The notes beneath the pieces are model-generated. The model saw only the letters and a program-made list of their open reading frames with translations, was not told where the DNA came from and made no database searches. Shown here in pieces: positions 37,827 to 50,279 of a stretch of DNA of 62,389 bases. The DNA is taken from positions 1 through 62,389 of the forward strand of contig JALDZS010000146.1 in NCBI GenBank assembly GCA_022813965.1. The letters are read 5' to 3'. A program made the position numbers and the translations under genes. Position 1 is the first letter of the stretch. Every line of letters starts with the position of its first letter. This DNA is from Toensbergia leucococca (taxonomy: Eukaryota).

Positions 37827-39662
37827 ATGGCGGCAGACTTGAGACGGCCTTTGTCTATCGGCGACAACTTACTGAGAGACTACACTCTTCATCTGGATCC
37901 ACTGAGCACGAATTCCAACATGGACTCCGAAGAAGACGTAAAGGACCACATGAACAGCTTCTCCACTGCCTCTACCCAAGTCAATAACTCGCCCCAAGAC
38001 CTGACCATGTCGTTACCCTCGTCGCCCTTGTACAACCTACGTGGCCCCAAGTCGTTTGTCAAACACAGAAAGCCCTCTCTCTCTCTGGAATCTACCACAC
38101 ATAAAAGCGCCTTGAAATCCTTGACGACAAGAGTACAGAAGAACGGAAACTCTACCATGGCTATACGAACCTCCTTATCTGGGCTCACCAGTGCTCCAAG
38201 TGATAACGAAACCCAAAATTTGTCTGGCACCATTTCTACCAAGCGTCTCTCAAGTGCCCTATCGGGCCTCAATGGTAACTTCTTGAGGGCGCCTGCTTCA
38301 GCACGATTTACCTCGCTTCAGTCCCCTTGTTTCTTTCACCAACGCTTCGACGATGCTGTTAATGTCGACCGTGTCCTTGAAGAGATCGCCGCTGAAGACG
38401 ATGGAATATCCCATTGCCGGCTTATGCAAACCGCTACCAGCGTCCGAGAAATCTCTAAGCAACTACAACGAAGACCTATTAAACAAGCCGTCCGAACTGT
38501 CATGATTATCACGAAAGCGCGCGACAATCAGCTGGTCTTCCTTACTCGCGAGCTCGCGGAATGGCTTCTCAAGACCCCACGCTACAATTCCGACCTCGGA
38601 GTGACAGTCTACGTCGACGCCAAACTCAGCAGCTCCAAAAGATTCGACGCCGCTTCCCTATTAGCCTCCAATCCCCGCTACAAACAAATGCTAAGATACT
38701 GGACCCCAGATCTTTGTTGGACATCGCCCGAGCAATTTGATCTGGTCCTTACCCTTGGCGGCGACGGCACGGTGCTCTATACCTCTTGGCTTTTCCAACG
38801 CATCGTTCCTCCAATTCTATCCTTCGCCCTTGGGTCCCTCGGCTTCCTCACAAACTTCCAATTCGCGTCCTACAAAACCCACCTGGACCGTATCATGGGA
38901 GAGCAAGGTATGCGCGTCAACCTTCGCATGCGCTTCACTTGCACCATCTTCCGCGCTTCTACCACTACCCCCAAAAGCATCATCGACCCTGAAGACCCCA
39001 TCGAGAGCGAACAATTCGAAGTTCTCAACGAACTCGTCATCGATCGCGGTCCCTCCCCCTACGTCTCCAATCTTGAGATCTACGGCGATTCCCAGCTCCT
39101 CACCGTTGTCCAGGCAGACGGCTGCATTTTCTCCACCCCTACAGGCAGCACCGCCTATTCTCTTTCCGCCGGTGGGCCGCTCACGCACCCCTCCATCCCA
39201 GGTATCCTGCTCACACCCATCTGTCCCCACACGCTCAGCTTCCGACCCATGGTCCTGAGCGATTCACTCTTGCTAAAAGTGTGTGTCCCGCGGACAAGCA
39301 GAAGTACCGCATACGCTAGTTTTGACGGAAAGGGGCGCGTGGAGTTGCGGAGGGGAGATTGCGTGCAGGTGGAGGCCGGGAAGTATCCTTTTCCGACTGT
39401 TGTCGGGGAAGGGGGTACGGGCGGGGAGTGGTTTGAAAGCGTTAGGAGAGCGCTGAGGTGGAATAATCGGGGAGCAGTGCAGAAGGGGTTTGGGAGTGTC
39501 GCAAGAGGCTGGGATGGGAACGCGGAAGGAGATGAAGAGATCGAGGAAACGGAACGTGAGGTGCTAGATGAGGAGTGGGATATTGATGCTGATCCTATCG
39601 AGGTGGGGGTGTTGGATAGTGGGTTTGGCGCCAGTGAGGAGAGTGGGAGCTCGGCTGGTTGA
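37827..39662 (+). CDS. ATP-NAD(H) kinase (Utr1/Yef1 family)
   Basis: LTLGGDGT, LGSLGFL, VLNELVIDRG, QADG..STPTGSTAYSLSAGG and TPICPHTLSFRP. Confidence 0.93.
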   Translation: MAADLRRPLSIGDNLLRDYTLHLDPLSTNSNMDSEEDVKDHMNSFSTASTQVNNSPQDLTMSLPSSPLYNLRGPKSFVKHRKPSLSLESTTHKSALKSLTTRVQKNGNSTMAIRTSLSGLTSAPSDNETQNLSGTISTKRLSSALSGLNGNFLRAPASARFTSLQSPCFFHQRFDDAVNVDRVLEEIAAEDDGISHCRLMQTATSVREISKQLQRRPIKQAVRTVMIITKARDNQLVFLTRELAEWLLKTPRYNSDLGVTVYVDAKLSSSKRFDAASLLASNPRYKQMLRYWTPDLCWTSPEQFDLVLTLGGDGTVLYTSWLFQRIVPPILSFALGSLGFLTNFQFASYKTHLDRIMGEQGMRVNLRMRFTCTIFRASTTTPKSIIDPEDPIESEQFEVLNELVIDRGPSPYVSNLEIYGDSQLLTVVQADGCIFSTPTGSTAYSLSAGGPLTHPSIPGILLTPICPHTLSFRPMVLSDSLLLKVCVPRTSRSTAYASFDGKGRVELRRGDCVQVEAGKYPFPTVVGEGGTGGEWFESVRRALRWNNRGAVQKGFGSVARGWDGNAEGDEEIEETEREVLDEEWDIDADPIEVGVLDSGFGASEESGSSAG

Positions 39663-40310
39663 CGGATGGTGAGTTACGATACGAGTACTATGAAGTTATG
39701 ATTTCACGTGATTTGGGGTGCATAGTCTGCGAGAAGGAGATGCGCATTTTTGGGAGCTTGAGGAGTCGAGGTACTTCGTCAATGTTTGGGTCATTTAAAA
39801 CGGCATTCTTAAATCAACGCTATCCCCATCCATCATCACGCTTAAATCTTGGGTTTTTTGATGTGCGAATTGAAGTGACCTACTACCGTGTGGACAAGAT
39901 GGAGAGGCTGGTTCATGGAGTGTCTCTTTGCTCATCGACATCTGACACTGTGCAGGGAACAGTTTGAGGGCTTTCCCGAAATGGAGAAGACATCATGGGG
40001 AAGATGATGCTCATCGAGCACTGCGAGCATGCTTCCCGAAAAGCCGCCTGGGGAAATGCATATTCCCGTCAATTTCGAAGATCAAAGCTATAGTGAGAAG
40101 TCGGGGATTTATTTACGTTGCTTTACGGAATCCCACCACCTCTCTACAAAAAAATCACAACATCCATCAAAACACAGAATATCTGTCAACATTCATTGCT
40201 ACACAGATGAAAAACCAAGCATGCAGAGCAACAAAATCGTAATAAAATGCAAAGCAACATTGCGAGTTTGAATCATATAGAACAGGCTCTGCTTTGGCCT
40301 TTCCGAGCAG

Positions 40311-41307
40311 TCAAGTAGCACGACGCTCTCGCCCACTGATCAGATAGACGGCAGCACGAAGCTCAAGGAGAGGGTCGTCAGAGGGTTCAATACCTGGCAA
40401 TCGTGGTATCGGGTCGAAAATGATATGCTTTTGCTCCTTGTCACTATTCGGCTGCATGCCTTCTATTTTCACAGTACCCAATCGTACCAACGAACGACTC
40501 TCAGGCCAGTGTACTGTTGCATCATCTACTACGTCTCCTTCCTCGGCCACCTGTGCCATTAGGTGGAAGGTGATAGGACCGTCTGCCACTCGCTTTGGTA
40601 GCTCGTCGTAAAGAAAGCTACCGTCTTTCTCCTTTAATACAACGTCGTCGAGATTTTCCACGCCCTCGTCAGGTATGACGCGATAACGAAAGTAGGTGGC
40701 TTTACCCTCGGAATTCACAAATTTCAAAGCCGTCACTCCATAGTAGGCCTCCCTTGCGAAACTCGAAGGAGTCGGCTTAGGAGCTTGCACAAAAGCAAGA
40801 GCAGCAGGGTGAGAGCCAAGAAAAGCTTCGGCCGGGGAAGGGGATGGTGTACCTGGTGGAGATGCTACTAGGGCTTTCAAGAGCTCAAGAAAATCTGCTC
40901 CAGTGCGGGTAGGGAAAAATGGAGTCGAATGGGCAATAACGTCAGTGTGAACGCGGTCACCCAGATTGAAACGGATGGCTATACCACGTGGATTACCATT
41001 TGGATCCGTGTCAGGTAACTGGGGGATTCCGGTCGAACTCGAGAATCGTACAGTGATGGGAGTGGAAGCATGGCTGAAATGAGATGCGGACGAGAGTGTC
41101 TTTGCCTCAGTCGAAGGGGTAAATGTGCCGTTGAGCAAGGCTCCACGAGCATGGACTAGGAGAGAAAAATTCATTCAAGGCACTGATGGTTCTCATTCTA
41201 GCCAACTAACCTGGACGAAAGCCGGGATGCTTTCCCGAGATGGATTGCAGTTGTGATACTAAATCATGGCTCAGCTTGACTAGCTGATCGTCAGAAGGGA
41301 GAGGCAT
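40311..41307 (-). CDS. SrpA-like small heme catalase-related peroxidase; 1 intron
   Basis: HPGFRP/VHARG (distal His), VRFSS, PRGIAIRF, FDPIP..GIEPSDDPLLELRAAVY (proximal Tyr); about 310 aa. Confidence 0.9.
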
Positions 41308-42006
41308 AGTTCTTGGGATGACAATGAATAAATCAGAAGATGTTCTAACGTCAGATTGAAATTGGGGTGCTGTGTCGATGCTTTTCCCATTTACATATAT
41401 ACCTTTCTCAAGGCTGACCACTATCAATTAAAGATAGCAACCGAATAGTAATCGAAATGGATATCGATAGGAAGGGCACATGTTTACTGCATGTTGCTTA
41501 CTTACCTTACCTAGCCGTCTTACTCGCAGTAGTCTAACAACAAGTCATTAGACACGATATGGCTTGACAGAGATACTACTCAGCTGACTTTGGATAACAG
41601 AAAGTCGACAGGACTAGATAGTATGCAAGCCAAGACGGCCTGGAAGTAGAAGCCACAGAGGTTTGTAATTTTGATTACTCACAGATGCACTTTAGGTGTT
41701 GGAGTCTGGAAGAGCGGGATTAGGGCTTTGGCCATTCCAAGCGTGCCTTGTCTCGCTTGTGCATACCTTAAACAACACCGATGCACAATTCACTTCATCA
41801 CATGTCTGGTGATGTCATTTCTTCCAATTGTTTTATGTCAACCCCACAAACTTCACTTGCTTTCTGTTGTTCAAGTGTACTGCAAGTCTCCACCTCACTT
41901 GTGAACCCAGTGTAAGACTAACCACTGAAATTCTTCAAAGCCAATTATCTCTTACCCGTGACTTGATTCTCCCGGTAGCCTATTTGAATCAGCAGCATCG
42001 ATAAGT

Positions 42007-43242
42007 ATGGTTTCGGACAGAGACAGCTTTCAGTCACCAAATGCAATACCTCCTCGCACAAGCTCAAGTGGTCTAAACAATGGCTTGCTACCAGCCTCGA
42101 AAGTCGTCTTGAAGCCCGTACCAGAAGGCGATTGGATAGCTCATGGAAGGAAACCTCGCACAACATCCCTGTCCTCAGGCGCACCAGGTCAAAGCCCGCC
42201 TAAACCAGCGGATTCTAATACAAGGCAAGATGGAACAACATGGTCTCAAGAAAAAGAGAAAATCTTGTTCGGGCCCTATGAATACATGTTTGACCACCCT
42301 GGTAAAGACGTGCGCAAGTCACTAATTGCAGCCTTCAATGCATGGCTAATGGTTCCCACCGAGAGCCTAGCCATTATCACCAAAGTTGTTGGTATGTTGC
42401 ACACAGCCTCCCTACTGTAAGTCAAGTCGAGAACCCTTTGGTCTTGTGACTGACGACTCACGTTGCTTTTGTGCAGGGTGGACGACGTCGAGGACTCTTC
42501 AATCCTTCGTCGTGGTATTCCGGTTGCTCATAGCATCTTCGGCACTGCCCAGACAATTAATTCGGCAAACTACGTCTATTTTTGCGCCCTTCAGGAATTA
42601 TTGAAACTCAGCAACCCTAAATCTATTCAGATCTATACCGACGAGTTATGCAACTTGCATCGTGGGCAAGGCATGGATCTCTTCTGGCGAGATACGCTGA
42701 CCTGTCCCAGCGAAGATGATTATCTAGAGATGGTGGGTAACAAAACTGGGGGCTTGTTCAGACTGGCCGTGAAGCTTATGCAGGCCGAGAGTACTAGTAC
42801 CAAGTAAATAGGCCAATCCCATGGCTTTGCATTCGATCAACTGACATTGAGATACAGAAATTGTGTTCCACTCGTTAATCTGATGGGTGTGATATTTCAG
42901 ATCCGGGATGATTACATGAATCTCTCAAGTACTGTATACACACAAAACAAGGGTCTATGCGAAGATCTGACTGAAGGCAAATTTTCCTTCCCTATCATAC
43001 ATAGCATCCGCTCGGATCCACAGAACCTACAATTGATCAATATTTTGAAGCAGCGAAGTAATGATGATGAAGTCAAGAAATATGCCATAAGTTACATGGA
43101 GCGCACTGGAAGTTTTGAATATTGTAGAAAAATATTACAAGATTTAATGGAGAAAGCAACGACTATGATAGAGGAAGTCGATCAGGGGTCAGGGAATGGT
43201 TTGGGTGTGAAGATGATTCTTGAAAAGTTGGTAGTAACTTAG
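42007..43242 (+). CDS. BTS1: Geranylgeranyl diphosphate synthase; 2 introns
   Basis: [49 protein letters not shown] and [11 protein letters not shown]. Confidence 0.93.
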
Positions 43243-44839
43243 CATCTCGTTGATACATTTCGCCGTGGATATTCTCACTTCTCGTCCCAAAGGGAATGAA
43301 TGTGGCACCGATTCTTCTTTTTTGCAAATGCAGACATCGCCGTCTGGTCAATTCAAGATCACTAGGAAATCCTCCTAGTCATTTGGGGGTTTCAGGCTGA
43401 CGTACCTATTCGCTTATGCTTTTTGGAGAGCAGTAGGTAAGGCCAAACTGCATCGGATCTCTCCTCTCTCCTAGCCACATTCGGCTGAACCCTCGAGTTA
43501 GAGACTCCATTCGGCCTTTGCTGAATTCAAAAACGCCTTGTCAATACAAGAATTACAACAATGCAACTACCCGAGATGTAGATCGCAGACAAGCCTTAAG
43601 AGTAATCCAAAGCAAACAAATAGTGGAACTGCCGAGAACGTTGAATCGATCTTTCACTACCAATCTGCCATATGCTAGGAAGCAAGGACAGAAGGAAAGA
43701 AACAAGATTAGAAGTAATCAATAACGTCTCGCTTCACCAAAGAATTTCAGTCCGAGCATGAAAAAGTGGAATTTCAAGCAAATGAAAAAGTTCTATCGAA
43801 ACCAAATGATACACTGCATCCACTCTCACCATGTCGTCGCCATGCCTGTTTCAACAACATTATCCGACCACCATGCTTCCAATCCATCCGCCCTTATTAG
43901 AAACGCCGCATACATCGTCTTGCATCCCGCTTTCTCGTCTTCTACTATTTAGATCCTCGCCAACCAAACCCTCGCCAAATCCTTCTTCCAGAAAGCATGA
44001 AACCCCCGCAGAAGGGCCTTTTCCTTTTTTCAGTACAGCCTGCAGAGTTGCTCGGCTGCTGGGAAAGGAACACGATGCGGCCTTGCTCGCCTTTAGGCTT
44101 GCCGTCGCTCGCTCACTACGAGAATGATTTGCTCGTTGACGAGGAAATTGATGTCGAGCGAGTGGAGTGGGTGCCCCAACAGGCGCGGATGATGGGAAAA
44201 GGGATGCGACCCAAATAACTCCTCACATTTGGCAACGATGCGAGAATGAAGCTGGAACTGGCGGCAATTATGTGGGGGGCTTTGGTCTGGGGAGCCAAGG
44301 TTCTAGGCTTTTCTTGGGCTAGGGGAGACCGTGGTGGGAATATCAGGAGGCTGATATGGTTTTTAGGGGCAAGGAGGGGGCCAAAGGAGACTGGGGATTA
44401 AGTTCAGTTCTTTAAGGATGGATGTTACTGATGCGGGGGCTACTAAGACTTGCGTACGATTTAGTGCTGGATTGTATCCGTAAGGCTTGGAATGGAATGG
44501 AGGGTTGGCGATTTTTCTCGCGATTTTCGCAAATTGTTGTCTCTGGGAAGACCGGGGAAATGGGTCATGATATGGGAGGGATATTGGTGAGCTTTTTTGC
44601 CCTGTTTTATTTTTTATGTTCTTTTATGGTTTGGGGGGGGTGTGCTACTGGCTATGTGTGGCCCTACGTTATCTCCCAAAAAAAAAACAAGAACTTGCAA
44701 AGGGAATGTATGATAGTGATGTATATACATCTCCATTCCATTCAATTCAACTCATCACAACCTCCATCGAGTACGGAGTAGCTTATCCCGAAATTTCATT
44801 AAACACGCTGATGTGTGATTGATCTTTCATTGCATGTCT

Positions 44840-45900
44840 ACCTAACAAAACCTTTTGATTTCCAAAGGGGGTTTTTTTTATTTTAATTCGATGGGTTCGT
44901 CTTTGCGGTTTGGAGGGTTGGCGGGTTGTTGTTTGTTTTGATGGATTTGTATGGGTAGTTGGTTTACTGAGAAGTCGGGGGCAATATTTGGGGTTACCTG
45001 GTAGAGGGGGTTTTTGGTTTTGGTTTGCTCCTTTTTTTTTTTTATGGTTTCTCGAGCTTTTCACTCGCTTTTTACCTTCTCTTTTCCCCCTTTTTTGCTT
45101 GTCTCTCTTTTGCTTGCCTTGTTTTTGTTTTTTTCTTACGGTGGGGGGTTTTCTTTGCGACGGGCGGGGTTTCGCCGGTGAGGGGGTTGGTGGGTAGATA
45201 TGAGGGAGAGCACTTCAGGCCTCGGGGGGAGCTTTTTGGAATTCTGGGAAGGGGTGGAGAAGGGTGGGGTTTGTGGGGTTTTGGGGAAGATTGCTGTGGG
45301 GGTGGTTTGTCTTGGGCTTTGGTGGTGTGAAGGGGGGGAGGTGGGATGGGAGAGGAGAGGAGAGGAGAGGAGAGGGGGTATCTTGTGGGGTGGAGCGAGT
45401 CTGATCTTTGGGCTCACTCGGACGAGTATTGCGGGGCGGGGGGTGGGAAGGGGGGTGATTGTAGGAGAGTTGGTGGGGGTTTTTTGGGGTTGAGGGCCGT
45501 GGCTGTGAGGCTGTCCCATAACCCTCATAGCTAGTTTTCTGGTCAAACTGTATCGACGAGTTATTTAGTGCCCCAAAGATTAGTCCATGACAGAGGTGAG
45601 GGGAGACGGTGGGTGTGGGAGTTGGGCTTAGGAGGTACTAGTAGGTAGTTTGGGGGTGGATGTTTGCTGGACTTGAGTTGGTGAGATGATGTCGGATGTG
45701 TTTTGGGGGTTTAGTTCCTTGTTGTGGGAATTACTTTGGGTTTGAGTTGGGTGGTGGTGGTGTTTTTTGAGCGTTGTTGTGAGATGAGGTTTAGGTATGA
45801 TGAGGTGTGGAGAGATTAAGGGGGCTGTGATTTGGGATGGTGGGGAAGTCTGGTGCGTTGAGGGGGGGGGAAATGTAGTTAGGATATTGAGAGTCTGAGG
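44840..45900. repeat. G/T-rich low-complexity tract with (GAGAG)n
   Basis: About 1 kb strongly depleted of C on the + strand; many G runs; GAGAG repeats at ~45350-45375. Confidence 0.75.
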
Positions 45901-46090
45901 TTGGTATGAACACAGGCGTAGGAATGAGACATATCTAGAGCTTTATCATGGTTGATTCTTGGAGGTATGTAAAAAATGAGGAATTCTTTCTCGAATATCT
46001 AGGGTTTATGGAGATGTATCCAAGTGTGGGTATCAACATGGTGTGACCAAAATACTTTTTTCTCCCAGAACGCCGTATTGCAATGGTGCT

Positions 46091-47065
46091 TTACATGACT
46101 ATGCAGCAGCAATTTTCTAATTTCTTCAGCACGCGGGGGAGGTATTTCTCAACGGCAGCCTCAAGTTCTGCGTTCGGGTCGTTTTGCTGTTGTCCACCGC
46201 CGTGTTGTTGCTGCTGGCCTGGGTAACCTCCCTGCTGACCCCCTTGGTATTGTTGGGGTTGATAGTTTTGTTGCTGCCCGTAATGCTGGTTCCCGTGATG
46301 TTGCTGTTGCCCATGATGCTGCTCGGAAGCACCGCCACCGTGAGAGTACTGCTGTGGCATTTGCGCAGAAGCTCCGGTAAGATTGATGTACATTCTTCCT
46401 TCGTTCGCCTCCGTGGCATACTGTAGGCCTAGCTCTTGGCAGACCTGCTCGACTCGAGGTTTGATTTTCTGGATGTGATTGACGGAGTGGTTGCCTTTTC
46501 CTACAATGCTACGGAGTCCAAGCAATCAGTTCTTGTTGTAAAGAAGGCCATCTCCCTTGCGCCATACTTACACATGTAGATGAGTCTGTCCATGGGCCTG
46601 GGCATATCTGATGCGCTGCTCAATAATCTCTTCAGCCTCAGCCACGAACTGCCCATGCAAATCAATGGTATCCCCGTCCACTCGACCCACGGCGTTGTTC
46701 TCCCGGAAGATGTAATCTGAAGCTTGCTTATTGAATTGATCCATCATCGAAGCATGCCTCTTGCCCTCTTCCGAGAGCTCATGAGCGGCCCGCCCATCTC
46801 CACGCTCGTGAGCTTGATGCGCCTTGGGCAAAAGTCAGCGACGATCTCGATGCCCGACGGTAACCCTGGTATAGACCTTATCGAAGCAGGACGCGCGCTT
46901 GTCATGTTCTTGTCGCGCCAAATTGCGAAGACGGTCGTATTCAGCCTCGGAGCCACTGCTTTGATTATGGTTGAAAGCTGTTGAGTACTATTAGCAAGGA
47001 ACTTCAGCTAGTCGTGCGGAATTGGATTTACCACTCCCGCCCAATTGAGTCAAAGGATAAGACAT
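46091..47065 (-). CDS. DUF1771 + Smr-domain protein with Q/G-rich tail and CaaX box; 3 introns
   Basis: EYDRLRNLAR, AHELSEEGK, IDLHGQFVAEA and IVGKGNHS; ends KKLENCCCIVM. Confidence 0.9.
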
Positions 47066-48874
47066 GGCGAAATTCAGCAATGTGTGCACCCATCTCGATG
47101 TAGAGTACGAATTTGGAATGGGCAAGACGACAATATGCTGGCGGCTGGGCACATCCGGAACACGCTAGTAAATCTCGCATTCGTCCATGGATATCGAACA
47201 CATTGGATCTACGGAGTTATGATTGGGTAGTCATCATTTCTGTGTACACATTGAGGGCAATACCAGCAATAGATCATGACGTTCATCGCACTGACTTACA
47301 GCGAGTAGTCCTGATATTGAGGTTCGGTAGCCTCTGTCTAGGGCAATTGGGCACCTACCTAACGACGAGAATGGCTTAAGCACCGGCTTTTATTGCAAGA
47401 GACGTGCTTGCATAACTTTTCATTTGATATGGGTTGGAAACAGCTTCGTCTCTCCATACTTCTGATATTGATACTGATACGGAAGGCTTTGAGAGACGGA
47501 AGGATTTGTCCTCCGTACATCAGTATTGGTTCCTTGTCGTAAAAGTACTCCGTACCAAGGGTTAGAAAATCATATGAACCTCATGACTAAGCCTTTGGAA
47601 GAAGATCAAATTTGAAAGAGTAGGCTGAATGAAAGATGTCAGGGCTGCTCGTACATGTGTATGATTTTATGCTACTGATTCACACAGAAGGGCAGGTGTC
47701 CGGCTTGTACTCCCGTGTCACCATACCAATCCGTGGTTGTGGAAAGTGGAGAAGGTTCCATTTTTCCAAGAAGCTCATTAAGCAGCCTCCGAGGTGCATC
47801 ATGTCAGCATGCGTTCGTACCTTACAAAGATGATTGGATCATGATGAGCCATGAAGACTCGAAGGAGCTCAGCTGAAGTCGCTCGTCTGCCGGACCACCG
47901 ATTGCGGAGCAGAATTTTGCTGCAACACACTTGGTAGCAGTACTTGATATCCTAGGCAGTCACCGACATAGAGTAAAACTAACTAGAGTACCTAAGCCGC
48001 ATAGGTTTCAAGTGCATGCTCATGCACCATCCTCATTGCAGAGATTTCCCTTGTAGCCTGTAATTAGGGTTCAAATTAAGACATCGGCTTGTCCTTTTAG
48101 GTGTTTGAGAAAGCTGGGCTTGTTCTCTAGCCAATGTCATCCCCCTGAGAAGCTTTCGCTTAGCTCACCGTATCCTCGAATAAGCTAATCGTCAGTGGTA
48201 CTCCGTACGGCGTACCACCATCCTCATCCACGGTTACCCCCATCTCCTCTTGTCGATGAAGGCTACTTTGACTTTCTCCTTCACCATCTCAACACCATAC
48301 TTCCTACCAGGACTATCTATCGCCCTTAACACAGTAGCAGTTGATCGACTTCCTCTTCCGTCATTTCTCTGACATCCCATTGCAGCCGGACTGCACTAGC
48401 TCAATTTCACCTAGCTGACTAGGCCCTTGTACGGGGCACTAAAAGCCTCCAATCTGACAATTACCGAGTCGAATCCACCTCTTCTTCCTCTCGACAGCCC
48501 GTTAAGACGCAAGTATAACAGCTTTCGCCATATCATCAAGAGGACAGTGCAGAGTTCCGAAGAAGTAAGCAAGCCACCATCATCCTTGCACCCGTTTGAT
48601 ACCCGTCTGTTTATGCAGCCGACCCGGCCTACTTCCAATGTGCGCATGTTCCTGCACTCGAAGAATTCCCTGTTCCTTGCGCCTTCTAGATCACTGCTGT
48701 AAATTGACCCTTAACACGGGTCTATTTGCTGATATCTTTGCCCTCGTACTCTAATCTGTTATCATCGGGACGAATCTCTGACCATGGCTTAGATACCTGA
48801 AAAACTCCCAGGTTCACCCGCACGACAGCACCCTTTGGACCCTGGCGAGTTGAACGTCTTCGATCGCCGCCAAG

Positions 48875-50279
48875 ATGGGTTGTGGAATGAGTACAGTGGA
48901 TAAGGAGGGCAAGCAGCGAAATGAGGAGATTGAAAACCAATTGAAGCGCGATAAGCTCTCTCAGCGAAATGAAATCAAAATGCTCCTTTTAGGTAATTCG
49001 AGGTGTACTGTTCGGACCGAATGTATGCTAAAGTCCGAGCAGGAGCTGGCGAGTCTGGAAAGTCAACCATACTAAAGCAGATGAAGCTCATCCACGAAGG
49101 CAGCTATTCACGAGATGAGCGAGAATCCTTCAAAGAGATCATCTACAGCAATACTGTCCAGTCTATGCGCGTCATACTAGAAGCGATGGAATCACTGGAA
49201 TTGCCGCTTGACGACCAGAGAACCGAGTATCATGTTCAGACTATATTTATGCAGCCTGCCCAGATCGAGGGTGAGAGTTTACCCCCGGAAGTAGGAAAAG
49301 CCATCGATGCATTATGGAAGGATGCTGGAGTCCAGGAATGTTTCAAGAGGTCCAGAGAATATCAATTGAATGACTCTGCCCGATAGTGAGTTACCCCAAG
49401 TCGATGTTCTTCATCATTATATGGACACTTTAAATCCTCTTTTCTCGGTTTAAGCAGAATTAATCATACCCCACTACACCGTAAAGCGAGACCTCAAATC
49501 TTCGGACATCTTAGTGAGTGCGAATCGTTTTCGGGCATCTGCTAACCCTGTTCCGCTAGCTACTTCGATTCTATTGGGAGGATTGCTCAACCTGATTACC
49601 TACCAAACGACCAAGATGTGCTGCGATCTCGCGTCAAAACGACCGGTATCACTGAGACTACATTCATCATCGGCGAACTGACATATCGGATGTTCGACGT
49701 CGGCGGTCAACGATCTGAGCGAAAGAAATGGATTCACTGCTTTGAGAATGTCACAACGATTCTCTTCCTCGTCGCCATATCAGAGTACGATCAACTTCTG
49801 TTTGAAGATGAATCGGTCAACCGGATGCAGGAGGCGCTCACCTTGTTTGACTCCATCTGTAATTCGCGGTGGTTTGTGAAGACCTCGATTATTCTCTTCC
49901 TCAACAAGATCGACAGGTTTAAGGAGAAGCTCCCTGTCAGCCCAATGAAGAATTATTTCCCGGATTATGAAGGCAAGTCCACTCGAGTAATCATGATTCG
50001 AAAAGAGCACTAAAAGTCTAACATTTCCAAAGGTGGACCTGATTACGCTGCTGCTTGCGACTACATTTTAAATCGGTTCGTTTCCTTAAATCAGCATGAG
50101 ACGAAGCAGATCTACACCCACTTTACCTGTGCTACCGACACCACCCAGATTCGATTCGTCATGGCCGCGGTCAATGGTTCGTGACCATCACCTGCTCTTT
50201 GTCTGGAGAAGTTTTGCTAATACTGCTATTGACAGACATAATAATCCAAGAAAATCTCCGTGACTGTGGTCTGTTATAG
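48875..50279 (+). CDS. fadA: Heterotrimeric G protein alpha subunit, group I (FadA/GNA-1); 4 introns
   Basis: MGCGMS myristoylation start, [31 protein letters not shown] and TCAT. Confidence 0.96.

Noticed and set aside
42007..43242. GGPP synthase as the core of a terpene cluster
   Set aside because: No terpene cyclase, prenyltransferase or P450 nearby; neighbours are housekeeping genes.
43758..44781. Short ORFs downstream of GGPP synthase
   Set aside because: No recognisable motifs or consistent exon structure.
49386..49559. [D1,2] stwintron
   Set aside because: Removing 49386-49514 would leave TA|TGAGT with no G to rebuild a donor.
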